Below are positions 9,761 through 21,497 of a stretch of 64,000 nt of DNA, in pieces. Below the pieces are notes generated by a model. It had not been told where the DNA came from. It did no database searches and saw nothing but the letters and a program-made list of their open reading frames with translations. The translations under genes were made by a program, and so were the position numbers. Source of the stretch: Mobula hypostoma (taxonomy: Eukaryota); NCBI RefSeq assembly GCF_963921235.1, contig NC_086097.1, forward strand, positions 118,856,001 through 118,920,000. Reading direction: 5' to 3'. Position 1 is the stretch's first letter, and each line of letters opens with the position of its first letter.

Positions 9761-12684
9761 CTAATCCCACCAACCTGCACTCAGCCCATAACCCTCCATT
9801 CCTTTCCTGTCCATAAAGCTGTCCAATTTAACTTTAAACAACAACATCGAACCTGCCTCAACCACTTCTGTTGGAAGCTCGTTCCACACAACTACCACTC
9901 TCTGAGTAAAGATGTTCCCCCTCATGTTACCCCTAAACTTTTGCCCTTTAACTCTCAACTCATGTCCTCTTGTTTGAATCTACCCCACTCTCAATGGACA
10001 AAGCCTATCCACGTCAACTCTATCTATCCCCATCATAATTTTAAATACCTCTATCAAGTCCCCCCTCAACCTTCTATGTTCCAAAGAATAAAGACCCAAC
10101 TTGTTCAAACTTTCTCTGTGACTTAGGTGATGAAACCCAGGTAACATCCTTGTAAATCTTCTCTGTACTCTCTCTATTTTGTTGACATCCTTCCTATAAT
10201 TCTGTGACCAAAACTGAACACAATACTCCAAGTTTGGCCTCACCAAGCCTTGTAATATTTCAACATTACATCCCAACTCATATACCCAATGCTCTGATTT
10301 ATAAAGGCCAGCATACCAAAGCTTTCTTCACCACCCTATCCACATGAGATTCCACCTTTAGGGAACTATGCACCATTATTCCTAGATCCCTCTGTTCTAC
10401 CGCATTCTTCAATGCCCTACCATTTACCATGTATGTCCTAATTTGATTAGTCCTACCGAAATGTAGCACCTCACATTTATCAGCATTAAACTCCAGCTGC
10501 CGTCTTTCAGCCCACTCTTCTAACTGGCCTAAATCTCTCTGCAAGCTTTGAAAACCTACTTCATTATCCACAACTCCACCTATCTTAGTATCATCTGCAT
10601 ACTCACTCATCCAATTTACCACCCCATCATCCAGATCATTAATGTATACGACAAATAACACTGGACCCAGTACAGATCCCTGAGGCTCACCACTAGTCAC
10701 CAGCCTCCAATCCGACAAACAGTTATCCACCAGTTCTTTCTGGCACCTCCCATCCAACCACTGCTGAATCTATTTTACTACTTCAATATTAATACCTAAC
10801 AATTGGACCTTCCTAACCAACCTTCCGTGTGGGACCTTGTCAAAGGCCTTACTTTAGTCCATATAGACAACATCCACCGCTTTACCCTCATCAACTTTCC
10901 TAGTAACCTCTTCAAAAAATTCAATAAGATTTGTCAACCATGACTTTCTGTGCACAAATCCATGTTGACTTTTCCTAATCAGACCCTGTTTATCCAGATA
11001 ATTATATATACCATCTCTAAGAATACTTTCCATCAATTTACCCACCACTAACATCAAACTCACAGGCCGATAATTGCTAGGTTTACTCTTAGAACCCTTT
11101 TTAAACAATGGAACAACATGAGCAATACGCCAATCCTCTGGCACCATCCCCGTTTCTAATGACATTTGAAATATTTCTGTCAGAGCCCCTGCTATTTCCA
11201 CACTAACTTCCCTCAAGGTCCTAGGGAATATCCTGTCAGGATCCGGAGACTTATCCACTTTTATATTCCCTAAAAGCTCCAGTACTTCCTCTTCTTTAAT
11301 CATCATAGTTTCCATAACTTCCCTACCTGCTTCCCTTACCTCACACAATTCAATAACCTTCTCCTTGGTGAATACCGAAGAAAATAAATTGTACAGAATT
11401 TCCCCCTTCTCTTTTGGCTCCACACATAGCTGTTCACTCCGATTCTCTAAGGGACCAATTTTATCCCTCACTATCCATTTGCTACTAATATAATGGTAGA
11501 AACCCTTGGGATTTAATTTCACCTTACTTGCCAAAGCAACCTCATATCTTCTTTTAGCTTTTCTAATTTCTTTCTTAAGATTCTTTTTACATTCTTTATA
11601 TTCCTTGAGCACCTCATTTACTCCATGCTGCCTATATTTATTTTAAATATCTCTATTTTTCCGAACTAAGTTTCCAATATCCCTTGAAAACCATGGCTCT
11701 CTCAAACTTTTAACCTTTCCTTTCAATCTAACAGGAACATAAAGATTCTGTACTCTCAAAATTTCTCCTTTAAATGACCTCCAGTTCTCCATTACATTCT
11801 TCCCATAAAACAAATTGTCCCAATCCACTCCTTTTAAATCCTTTCACATCTCCTCAAAGTTCACCCTTCTCCAATCAAAAATCTCAACCCTGGGTCCAGA
11901 CCAATCCTTCTCCATAATTATATTGAAACTAGTAGCATTGTGAATACTGGACCCGAAGTGCTCTCCAACACAAACCTCCGTCACCTGACTTATCTCATTC
12001 CCTAACAGGAGATCCAATACTGCCCCTTCTCTAGTTGGTACCTCTATGTATTGCTGCAAAAAAACTATCCTGTACACATCTTATAAACTCCAAACCATCC
12101 AGCACTTTTATAGTATGGGCTTCCCAGTCTACGTGTGGAAAATTAAAATCTCCCACAATCACAACCTTGTGCTTACTACAAATATCTGCTATCTCGTTAA
12201 AAATTTGCTCCTCCAATTCTCGCTCCCCATTTGGTAGTCTAAAATACACCACCATAAGAGTTACTACACCTTTCCCATTCCTCAATTCCACCCAAATAAC
12301 CTCCCTAGACGAGCCCTCTAATCTATCCTGCCAGAGCACCGCTGTAATATTTCCTCTGTCTATCAGTGCAACACCTCCCCCTCTTGTCCCTCCGATTCTA
12401 TCACACATGAAGCAATTAAATCCAGGAATATTTAGTTGCCAATCACACCCCTCCTGTAACCATGTTTCACTAACAGCTACCACATCATTCCAGGTATCAA
12501 TCCACGCTCTAAGCTCATCCACCTTTCTTATAATGCTCCTAGCATTAAAATAAATGCATTTAAGAAATTTTCCAACTCTTTCTCTCTGTTTATCACTAAC
12601 AGCGCAAACAACTTTACTATTTTCTTTTTCTTCCTTCTTCACTACATCTGTTCCTACACTCTGGTTCCCCTCCCCCCCCCCCAT
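9761..12684 (-). pseudogene. CR1 ORF2 (apurinic endonuclease + reverse transcriptase)
   Basis: YFNARS, VAVSETW, VGDFNFP, LDLLL, DKSPDPD, NYRPVSL, QHGF, VVYMD, PQGSVLGP, YADDTK, LEYCVQFW. Confidence 0.95.
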
Positions 12685-12686
12685 AT

Positions 12687-13579
12687 CTAGTTTAAATCTA
12701 CCGGTGCCTCTCTAGAAAACCTACCTGCAAGAATATTTGTTCCCCAACAGTTCAGATGTAACCCGTCCCGTTGGAATAGGTCCCACCTTCCCTGGAAAAC
12801 TGCCCAATTAACTAAAAATCTGAAGCTCTCCCTCCTGCACCATGTCTTCAGCCACGTGTTGATCTGTGCTATCTTACTACTTCTAAACCCACCTGCACGT
12901 GGCACTGGAAGAAATCCTGAGATTGCTCCCTAAATTCATCCTTCAGGACCTCCTCACTCTTCCTAGCAATGTCATTGGTCCCTACATGGATCACGACATT
13001 CGGCTGCTCACCCTCCTTCTTGAGAAAACTGAGAACTCGATCCGAGATATCACATACCTTGGCACCAGGGAGGCAACAGACCATCCGGGATTCTTGATCT
13101 CTTCCACAGAACCTCTTATCTGTTCCCCTAACTATCGAATCGCCTATCACTACTGCTCTACTCTTTTCCCTCCTTCCCTTCTGAGCTGAGGGTCCAGTCT
13201 CAGTGCCAGAGACGCAACCACTGCAACTTGTCCCTGATAGGTTGTCCCCATGAACAATATCCAAAACGATGGACTTATTATTGGTGGGAACGGCCACAGG
13301 GGTGCTCTGCTCATTCTGTCTATTCCCCTTCCCTCTCTTGACAGTCACCCAGCTACCTGTCTCCTGACTCTTAGGGGTGACTATCTCCCTGTAACTCCTC
13401 TCTATTTCTGCCTCTGCCTCCCAAATGATCCAAAGTTCATCCAGCTCCAGCTCCAGTTCCCTAACTCAGTTTGTCAGGAGCTGCAGCTGGATGCACCTTT
13501 CGCAGGTGTAGTTATCAGGGACAATTGTGCTCGCCCTGACTTCCCACATACTGCAAACGGAGCGCTCAACTGCCTCCAT
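12687..13579 (-). pseudogene. CR1 ORF1 (zinc finger/leucine zipper + SGNH esterase)
   Basis: From the ATG at 13579: MEAVERSVCSMWEV...YTCERCIQLQLL...ELELELDEL. Then VVIGDSIVRG, CLPGA, HVGTND and DGLHLN (SGNH/GDSL blocks). Confidence 0.9.
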
Positions 13580-14871
13580 TACCTACTCTTAAGGTAATTA
13601 GATTTATTAAAAGAAATTACCTGGCCTTACCTCACTTGGAGCGAAGCTCTTCCTCAGCCTCAGCTCACCGAAGCCTCAGGAGCCAAAGCCTTCCTACTCT
13701 GTCTCCCTCTACTCCATCACCCGCTACAATGTCGCCCGCTCTGTTAATCTGCTCTCTTTTAAATACTCCCGCTGCCTCATGGTCCGACTTACATGCGTTT
13801 GCGTACTCGTGCCCCGTTCAACTGCTGAAGAAAATGACCTTAGTTCCAGAGAACATTGTTTCATTTAACTGTAACATGTGTACGGTTGAATAAAATGAGG
13901 TTAAACTTGGAGTAGTACAATGTCATTCTGAACAAAGTTGTACTGTGCACTCTTCTACTTGATTGGTAGCACCTTAAACAAACTAAATATTCACTCCCTC
14001 CACTATCATTGCATAGAGGTTGCAATCTATGCAGTTTACAAACTGCACTTACTTTTAACTTTAATAACTGTGTGTTGCATTGTTTTTGATTCACCAGCCA
14101 AAAAAGAAACAGTAATTTTGATGTTTTTCCATTCCAATATTGAGTTTGTCTTCCTTTGGATCTTGGCCGACAACTCAATCCCACTGTACAGTTTTATGAA
14201 TGGCCTATGGTTATGTCAGGTCTCCAGGTTATGTCAAGGTTACTTTTCTGAGAAACGTTGGTGATCCAATTTTATCTTCGTTATCAGCTGGAAATGAACA
14301 AAAACTGTGTGGGAGAAAGTCAGAGGAACAGCTGTGGCAAGAGAGTGAGCTGGCACAGGATGAACAGTGCCAGCTGGCCTCACTCATTCAGTGAGGGAGC
14401 TAGCAAGTCTCCTCCTCTCTCCCAGCTAATGGCCCGTTCCTGATGATGTCTGCAGCCCTGCAGAGCCTTGCAAATCCATCCCCACTCAGCCTGCCAGTCT
14501 CCCAAACACTCAGCCTTTTGTACAAACATCTAAAAGTTGGGTATACATTATGGAGGGAAGGCATGTACCACCTTCAGATAATGTACAATTTGAGAGTTTA
14601 TCAACTAACAAAACTTTTTATGACCTATAAATAATTACAACTGTAAATCTTACTCATTGTCTGTTAAGAAATGATGGTTCTCTGAATATCCTGAACAGAA
14701 TTAAGTGTCTGTGCAGGTTTCATGTCGGAATCATTTCAATGAAGCTTTGAATATTTTGTCCTGATATGCATTTCAATTCACTTGCCGTAAATACTAACGC
14801 TGCTGTTGTTTCTACTACTTTTCTTCTTTTTTCCTTGCTTACTATTACTGAGACTCAAACTACATAAATGA

Positions 14872-15800
14872 AGTCATAAAACCATAAGACCATAAAATAC
14901 ATGGGCAGAATGAGGCCATTTGGCCCATCAAATCTGCTCTGCCATTTCATCATGGCTGATCCAATTTTCCTCTCAGCCCCAACCTCTTGATTTCCCCCCA
15001 CACCGCTCCCCCCCCCGGATCCCTTCACATGCCCTGACTAATCAAGAATCTATTAACCTCTGTCTTAAATATACATACAGCCTTGGTCTCCACAGCTGCC
15101 TGTGGCGATGAATTTCACAGATTTAACCCTCTCTGGCTAAAGAAATTCCTTCTCATCTCCATTCTAAAAGGACACCTCTCTATCCTGAGACTGTGTTCTC
15201 TGGTCTTAGACTCTCCCACAACAGGAATCATCCTCGCCACATCCACTCTATCAGGGCTTTTGATCAATCTATAAGCTTCAATTAGATCACCTCTCATTTT
15301 TCTAAATTCTAGTGAATACAGAACCAGAGCCATCAAATGCTCTTCGTATGACAAGCCATTCAATCCTGTATTCATTTTCCTGAACTTTCTTTGTACCCTC
15401 TCTAGTTTCAACACATCCTTTCTAAGATGAGTGGCCTAAAACTGCTCACAATACTCTAAGTGAGGCCTCACCAGTGCTTTATAAAGTCTCAACATTGCAT
15501 CCTTGATTTCATATTCTAGTCATCTAGAAATGAATTCTAAAATCACATTTGCCTTCCTCACCACAGACTCAAATCCAATTGCACCTTAGTTTCTTGTATT
15601 TTCTCTCCATTTGAAAAATAGTCACAGTTTACTTCTTCGACCAAACTGCATGACTGTCCATTTTCTGACACTGTATTCCATCTGCCATTTCTTTGCTCAT
15701 TCTACTAATCTGTCTAAGTCCTTCTGTAGCCTCCCTATTTCCTCAAAACTACCTCCCCCTCTGCATATCTTCATATCATTCACAGATTTTGCAAGAAAGC
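14872..15800 (-). mobile_element. CR1 LINE 3' portion
   Basis: LERVQRKF...LYSLEFRKMRGDLIE...RRNFFSQR; tail (accataag)n at 14880. Confidence 0.9.
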
Positions 15801-16319
15801 TATAAATGATTGTTCTCTTCCAATAAAATTAAATTATTTGTTTTTCTTAATATCATACCACATATGCACTCATCAAATCCCTTGTCTTCATAAACCAATT
15901 AGATGTAACTTGTAATGGATATTCACTCTCCTTGGCCAGTGTGCCACTTGCTTGCTTGCTAAGTTTGCTTTCGAAACACACCTGCCGCTTTAAAGATCAA
16001 AATAGCTGTAAGTAAACTTACAGCTAAAAGTTTGTTTTATTGCTGGCAATAAATGGAAGCCAGTCTTTACTTTTTACAATGTGAATGGATGGAAAGCAGT
16101 AATGAGCTTCAATTTAAAAGCACAACTTGCAAACAAGCTCTCTATTTTGCAGACATTCTGTCTGTATAGAAGCAGATGCTAGCTCACAGTATCCTAATTA
16201 ATGCTAAGAATAGAGTATAATACAACAGGTTGTTTTGAACAGACAAATTGACTCTGAATTTGTTTAGTTCAAAGAGGCATGTAGAACAGATGAATAATAC
16301 AATTTAACATATGATTAAA

Positions 16320-16632
16320 TCTTAAATTAAAGGTTTCCGTTAGTCTTGCGAGACCATGGATCTGCGCCTGGAAAGTCTTCACTCTCCAGGGTGCAGGCCT
16401 GGGCAAGGTTGTATGGAAGACCAGCAGTTGCCCATGCTGCAAGTCTCCCCTCTCCACGACACCAATGTTGTCCAAGGGAAGGGCATTAGGACCCATACAT
16501 CTTGGCACCAGTGCCGTGGCAGAGCAATGTGTGATTAAGTGCCTTGCTCAAGGACACAACACGTTCCCTCAGCTGGGACTTGAACTTCAGGTAGCTAGTC
16601 CAATGTCTTAACCACTTGGCCACGTGCCCAAC
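16320..16632 (-). mobile_element. tRNA-derived SINE with CORE-like domain
   Basis: A box TGGCCAAGTGG and gtgtccttgagcaaggcacttaa (CORE-like). 12-bp TSD catatgattaaa at 16308-16319 and 16633-16644. Confidence 0.85.
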
Positions 16633-16775
16633 CATATGATTAAACACATATAACTGATGTGTTTAAAGTTGGAAAGTTTATCTGTTCAAGGAAGTTAGCT
16701 TCACTGTATTTACAGCCTTAGTTCTGATTTAATTATCCAAAACACATTTTTAGATAATTTGTGTTAAAATATTGT

Positions 16776-17182
16776 CATAGTCATAGTCATAGTCATACTT
16801 TATTGATCCTGGGGGAAATTGGTTTTCATTACAGTTGCACCATAAATAATTAAATAGTAATAAAACCATAAATAGTTAAATAGTAATATGTAAATTATGC
16901 CAAGAAATAAGTCCAGGACCAGCCTATTGGCTCAGGGTGTCTGATCCTCCAAGGGAGGAGTTGTAAAGTTTGATGGCCACAGGCAGGAATGGCTTCCTAT
17001 GACGCTCTGTGTTGCATCTCGGTGGAATGAGTCTCTGGCTGAATGTACTCCTGTGCCCAACCAGTCCTATACGTAGTGGATGGGAGTCATTGACCAAGAT
17101 GGCATGCAACTTGGACAGCATCCTCTTTTCAGACACCACCGTCAGAGAGTCCAGTTCCATCCCCACAACATCACTGGCCTGA
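16776..17182 (-). mobile_element. Rex1/Babar-like LINE 3' end with (ACTATG)n tail
   Basis: ASDVVGMELDS...SHPL...TERHRKPFLPVAIKLYN. Nearly identical to 58561-58956. Probable TSD aaatatYRt (16767-16775 / 17185-17193). Confidence 0.85.
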
Positions 17183-17260
17183 AGAAATATCATATAAGTG
17201 TCATACATCAAAGTTGCTGGTGAACGCAGCAGGCCAAGCAGCATCTATAGGAAGAGGCGC

Positions 17261-17296
17261 AGTCGACGTTTCAGGCCGAGACCCTTCGTCAGGACT
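17261..17296 (-). ncRNA. Minimal type-I hammerhead ribozyme (intact motif)
   Basis: Minus strand AGUC-CUGACGA-AGGGUCUCGGCCU-GAAA-CGUC^GACU: stem I AGUC/GACU, conserved core, stem II, palindromic ACGU stem III and GUC cleavage triplet. Confidence 0.85.
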
Positions 17297-17578
17297 AACT
17301 GAAGGAAGAGTGAGTAAGGGATTTGAAAGCTGGAGGGGGAGGGGGAGATGCAAAATGATAGGAGAAGACAGGAGGGGGAGGGATAGAGCCGAGAGCTGGA
17401 CAGGTGATAGGCAAAAGGGGATACGAGAGGATCATGGGACAGGAGGCCTAGGGAGAAAGACGGGGGGGGGGTGACCCAGAGGATGGGCAAGAGGTATATT
17501 CAGAGGGACAGAGGGAGAAAAAAGAGAGTGAGAGAAAGAATGTGTGCATAAAAAGGGGGTACGAGGGGGAGGTGGGGC

Positions 17579-18060
17579 CTAGCGGAAGTTAGAGAAGTCA
17601 ATGTTCATGCCATCAGGTTGGAGGCTACCCAGACGGAATATAAGGTGTTGTTCCTCCAACCTGAGTGTGGCTTCATCTTTACAGTAGAGGAGGCCGTGGA
17701 TAGACATGTCAGAATGGGAATGGGATGTGGAATTAAAATGTGTGGCCACTGGGAGATCCTGCTTTCTCTGGCAGACAGAGCGTAGATGTTCAGCAAAGCG
17801 GTCTCCCTGTCTGCGTCGGGTCTCACCAATATATAAAAGGCCACATCGGGAGCACCGGACGCAGTATATCACTCCAGTCGACTCACAGGTGAAGTGATGC
17901 CTCACCTGGAAGGACTGTTTGGGGCCCTGAATGGTGATAAGGGAGGAAGTGTAAGGGCATGTGTAGCACTTGTTCCGCTTACACGGATAAGTGCCAGGAG
18001 GGAGATCAGTGGGGAGGGATGGGGGGGACGAATGGACAAGGGAGTTGTGTAGGGAGCGAT
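17579..18060 (-). pseudogene. PLE GIY-YIG endonuclease domain (C-terminal part of the PLE ORF)
   Basis: VIY..YIG motif with CCHH zinc ligands. The 5' end is truncated and there is no native start. Confidence 0.9.
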
Positions 18061-18949
18061 ATGTCTTCCAAATGGGCAAAGCTATATAAATGTAGAGAGC
18101 TGTTCAAATTTATTAGGAATGAGATAAGTATCAAGAAACCTGAAAGAAACAAAGGGCAAACCAGAATCCAATCCTCCAGCTTTGGTTTCTGTGATAGATG
18201 ATTTGTTTGTCTGCAAATCGGGGGAATATTTTTTAAGTTTATATGAATTGTACCTGTGTTTTGGAAATCCTTAATCCTTTGTGTTTGATAAACGCTTTGT
18301 GCGCTATGCTTTATGTTTAAGAAATGCCTTAAGTTTAGGAAATGGTTTGTGGTTTAGAAATGGTTTGTAATTTGACAATGTTTTATTAGTTAGAAGTCTT
18401 CTGGGAGAATTTGGAAAGTTTAAGATAGAAATCGTCTGAGTCTTAAATGTGGCTTAAGAATTCATGGATTTAGACACGTATCACTATAGATAAATGAACT
18501 GTATTTTAAACTACTTTGTAAGCTGGAAGTATCTTCTCCTCAATCGGAAAAAGACACCCACGGCTCGAAAAGTTGGTATTGGCAGCTAAACTCGCCGTGT
18601 AGAATTAAAAGAGCAATGAACTAGGCTTTGACGATTGGGTAGTTATAATATAACCTCCCTTTAGTGAAAGTATTCATGGCAATTTATCTCTAATAGGGCT
18701 TAAAGTCTTTACTTAAGTTTAGAACTTCACTGTCTGCAAACCGAATACCACCACAAACTGAGACTAACTTTCTGATTGAATTTTTATCAATCAACCAATT
18801 AACAAAGGCAAAACTTCCCAAGAAAATTAAATAGTACCTTAAACATTGCCGATTCATTCAGTCTGTTGCTCCTGAATTTTTTGGTTTTAACTCTCAGTTT
18901 GATCTTTTGGGCTGGAATTTATATTGAACAGTGAACAACTTCAAAACGT

Positions 18950-19058
18950 TAGATAGCATGGTAGTTAGTACAACCTTTTGCAGCACCAGTGATCATTGAT
19001 TGGGGTTTGATTCTTGTTGCTGTCTGTGAAGGGCTTATACATTCTCCCCATGACGTTG
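18950..19058 (+). mobile_element. V-SINE 5' fragment
   Basis: ggggtttgattcttgttgctgtctgtgaagggcttatacattctccccatgac matches the V-SINE head. Confidence 0.55.
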
Positions 19059-19400
19059 TAGTTACGATACTCACCCATCTGTGTCAGCTTCCAGGGTTTA
19101 GGCACTTCACCTCTCCAGAATATGGATAGCTGGTGCAGCCTCTTTAAAGACTCAGGCCTGCACCACTAATTGTTGGCCATATTTTGGCGCCAGGATTTTA
19201 ATATTTAAAGAGCACCTGAACTAAGACTTAGGGCTCAAATCATCAGTTCAACTTTGGATTCTCATCTAGTGTCTAGTTTATAACTCTGTCCTCGTATCAT
19301 GTCTCAATTCTAGTCTTGGATGCTCCTAATTGTACTCGCCTAGATCTCTTTTCACAATACGATTGAGCCCAGCCTGGACACAGCAGAGTATTGGAGCTTC
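19059..19400 (+). mobile_element. Gypsy-type LTR remnant
   Basis: The start (gttacgatactcacccatctgtgtcagcttccag) and the TATA-like tatttaaagagcacctgaac resemble the PPT-preceded LTR at 25270. Confidence 0.55.
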
Positions 19401-19414
19401 TCACAGTGAGAAAA

Positions 19415-20432
19415 TTACTTACACTTTATACATTATTGTCACCAAACAATTGATACTGGAACGTACAATCATCACAGCGATATTTGATTCTGCGCTTCAC
19501 ACTCCCTGGAGTACAAATCGATAGTAAATATTAAAAATTTAAATTATGGGCGGGAGGAGAAGATGGCAGCGCGCCTCGTGTGCGCAGCCCTCTGGTGAGA
19601 AAATGATATCATATCTGTTAAATAGGGGCTGTGGACAATTCTGATTTGATGGAGAATGGACGTGAAAGCACAGAGGAACAACTGGAGAAATTTCTGAAAT
19701 CCCCATCCGCTGCTGTCGTTACTGTGTGGTCGGGAATCTTTCGGAGGGTAGGCCTCAAAATCCCCAGCCTTGCCTGCTTTAGGCGACCAAGAAGGAGGTT
19801 GAATTGTTCGGACAGAGATGGCGCTCAGTACTCGGTGTCGGAGAGCTGATCAGAGCTCGAAGTTTTCAGATGACTCAGAGTCGGACTGTGGTCGGGTATG
19901 GCAGAGAGAGTTTTTCTTCTTCTCCCGTCTGCGTGAGATGTGGGACATCTGAGAAACTTTGAAATTTACTGTGCTCATGGACTTCTTCATCAAGTTATGG
20001 TATTGTTACACTGTTTGTAACTATATGTTACAATAATGTGGTTTTGTCAGTTTTTTCAGTCTTGGCTTGTCCTGTGTTTTGTGATATCACACCGGAGGAA
20101 ATAATGTATCATTTCTTAATGCACACATTACTAAATGACAATAAAAGAGGACTATGCGTCTTCATAATCATATAAATCATAAATAGAAAATAGAAAATGG
20201 AAAGTAAGCTAGTGCAAAAAAAAACAAGAGGCAGGTCTGGATATTTGGAGGGTACGGCCCAGATCCGGGTCAGGATCAATTCAGAACTCTTATCACAGTT
20301 GGAAAGAAGCTGTTCCCAAATCTGGCAATACGAGTCTACAAGCTCCTGAGCCTTCTCCCGGAGGGAAGAGGGACGAAAGGTGTGTTGGCTGGGTGGGTCG
20401 TGTCCTTGATTATCCTGGCAGCACTGCTCCGA
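19415..20432 (-). mobile_element. Rex1/Babar-like LINE 3' end, interrupted by 19548-20170
   Basis: RSSAARIIKDTTHPANTPFVPLPSGRRLRS plus a 3' UTR shared with 20598-20960, 31105-31608 and 60665-60896. Confidence 0.85.
19548..20172 (+). mobile_element. Non-autonomous LINE-like element (GC-rich AAGATGGC 5' end, AATAAA/(ATC)-type tail)
   Basis: It splits the conserved aaattat|aaatcataaatag of the host LINE tail. It starts ggaggagaagatggcagcgcg, ends caataaaagaggactatgcgtcttcataatc, and has no recognisable coding sequence. Confidence 0.7.
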
Positions 20433-20598
20433 CAATTGCTTCTGCCTACATAATGTCCATATCCTTCCATTTTCCTCACATTCATGTGCCTATCCAAACA
20501 TATCTTAAAGTTCTCCAATGCATCTGCCTCTACCACCACCCAGGCACCCACCACTCACTGTGTAAAGATCTTACCCCTCACATCTCCTTTGAAATTAT
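20433..20598 (-). mobile_element. CR1 3' fragment
   Basis: Nearly identical to 37467-37630. Confidence 0.8.
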
Positions 20599-20961
20599 AC
20601 TTCATACTTTATTGTCGCCAAACAATTGATACTAGAATGTACAATCATCATAGCAATATTTGATTCTGCGCTTCCCACTCCCTGGATTACAAATATTAAA
20701 TATTAAAAATATTGAAGATTAGTAAATATTAAAAATTTAAATTATAAATCATAAATATAAAATAGAGAAATGGAAAGTAATGTAGTGGAAAAAAAACGAG
20801 AGGCAGGGCTGGATATTTGGAGGGTACGGCCCAGATCCGGGTCAGGATCCATTCAGCAGTCTTAGCACAGTTGGAAAGAAGCTATTCCCAAATCTGGCCG
20901 TATGAGTCTTCAAGCTCCTGAGCCTTCTCCCAGAGGGAAGAGGGATGAAAAGTGTGTTGGA
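20598..20961 (-). mobile_element. Rex1/Babar-like LINE 3' end
   Basis: Same 3' UTR and PLPSGRRLRS coding end as 19415-20432. Confidence 0.85.
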
Positions 20962-21497
20962 TGAGATGCTGAGGGATCTGATGCTTGGTGCATGATTTGC
21001 AAAAGATGATTTTATTTTTAAGTATGTCTTACATTAACATGTATTATGTTTCTAATCTAAATTGAAAAACTAAATACAGAACACAGTTTCAAAGCTGAAT
21101 CCAGGTGTGTTTTCCCCACCTAGCCCGGCACTGTTTCCTGCTCCCCATTGATCTGAAGTCAATAAAAGACACAAGAAGATATTCTTAAAATGCCTTCATT
21201 CACCAATCTTATCACATGTCCTTAAAGTTCACAAATGATATAGAAATGATTGAGAGTGACCAAAATCAACAACAAAACTACATTTATCTTCAGTCACTTT
21301 GAAATTAGATTTTAAGCTAATGCTATACTTAAATGTCACTGATCTCTCCTGACGGTAGTGGTTTGTTTTTTTTCTAACATTATAAGTGTTGCTATATTGA
21401 TCCTTATCTCAATCAATCTCAATTCCATGTCACACATTCCGTTCCCAAGCAGCAGAAATGAGCTGAGGAAAATGGTAGGCTTAATGATACTTTTCAT

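Larger units (their letters stand above)
9680..13830 (-). mobile_element. Near full-length CR1-clade LINE
   Basis: 5' UTR, ORF1 (13579-12687), ORF2 with APE and RT, and a CR1 3' UTR ending in a (GTTATATG)-like tail at about 9680. Multiple stops and frameshifts. Confidence 0.95.
17202..18060 (-). mobile_element. Penelope-like element (Neptune-type), 5'-truncated: GIY-YIG endonuclease + pLTR
   Basis: Uninterrupted reading frame with a Cys-rich linker (CKRNKCYTC) and GVIYCVRCSRCGLLYIGETRR...H...H...E...N, stopping at 17579, followed by a pLTR with a hammerhead. Confidence 0.95.

Noticed and set aside
12035..12553. Antisense ORFs over CR1 and RTE coding regions (also 39909-40235, 40406-40792, 55063-55290)
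   Set aside because: These are shadow frames of LINE ORFs.
17579..18079. Standalone GIY-YIG nuclease gene
   Set aside because: The predicted start lies in flanking DNA beyond the truncation point; this is the 3' end of a PLE.
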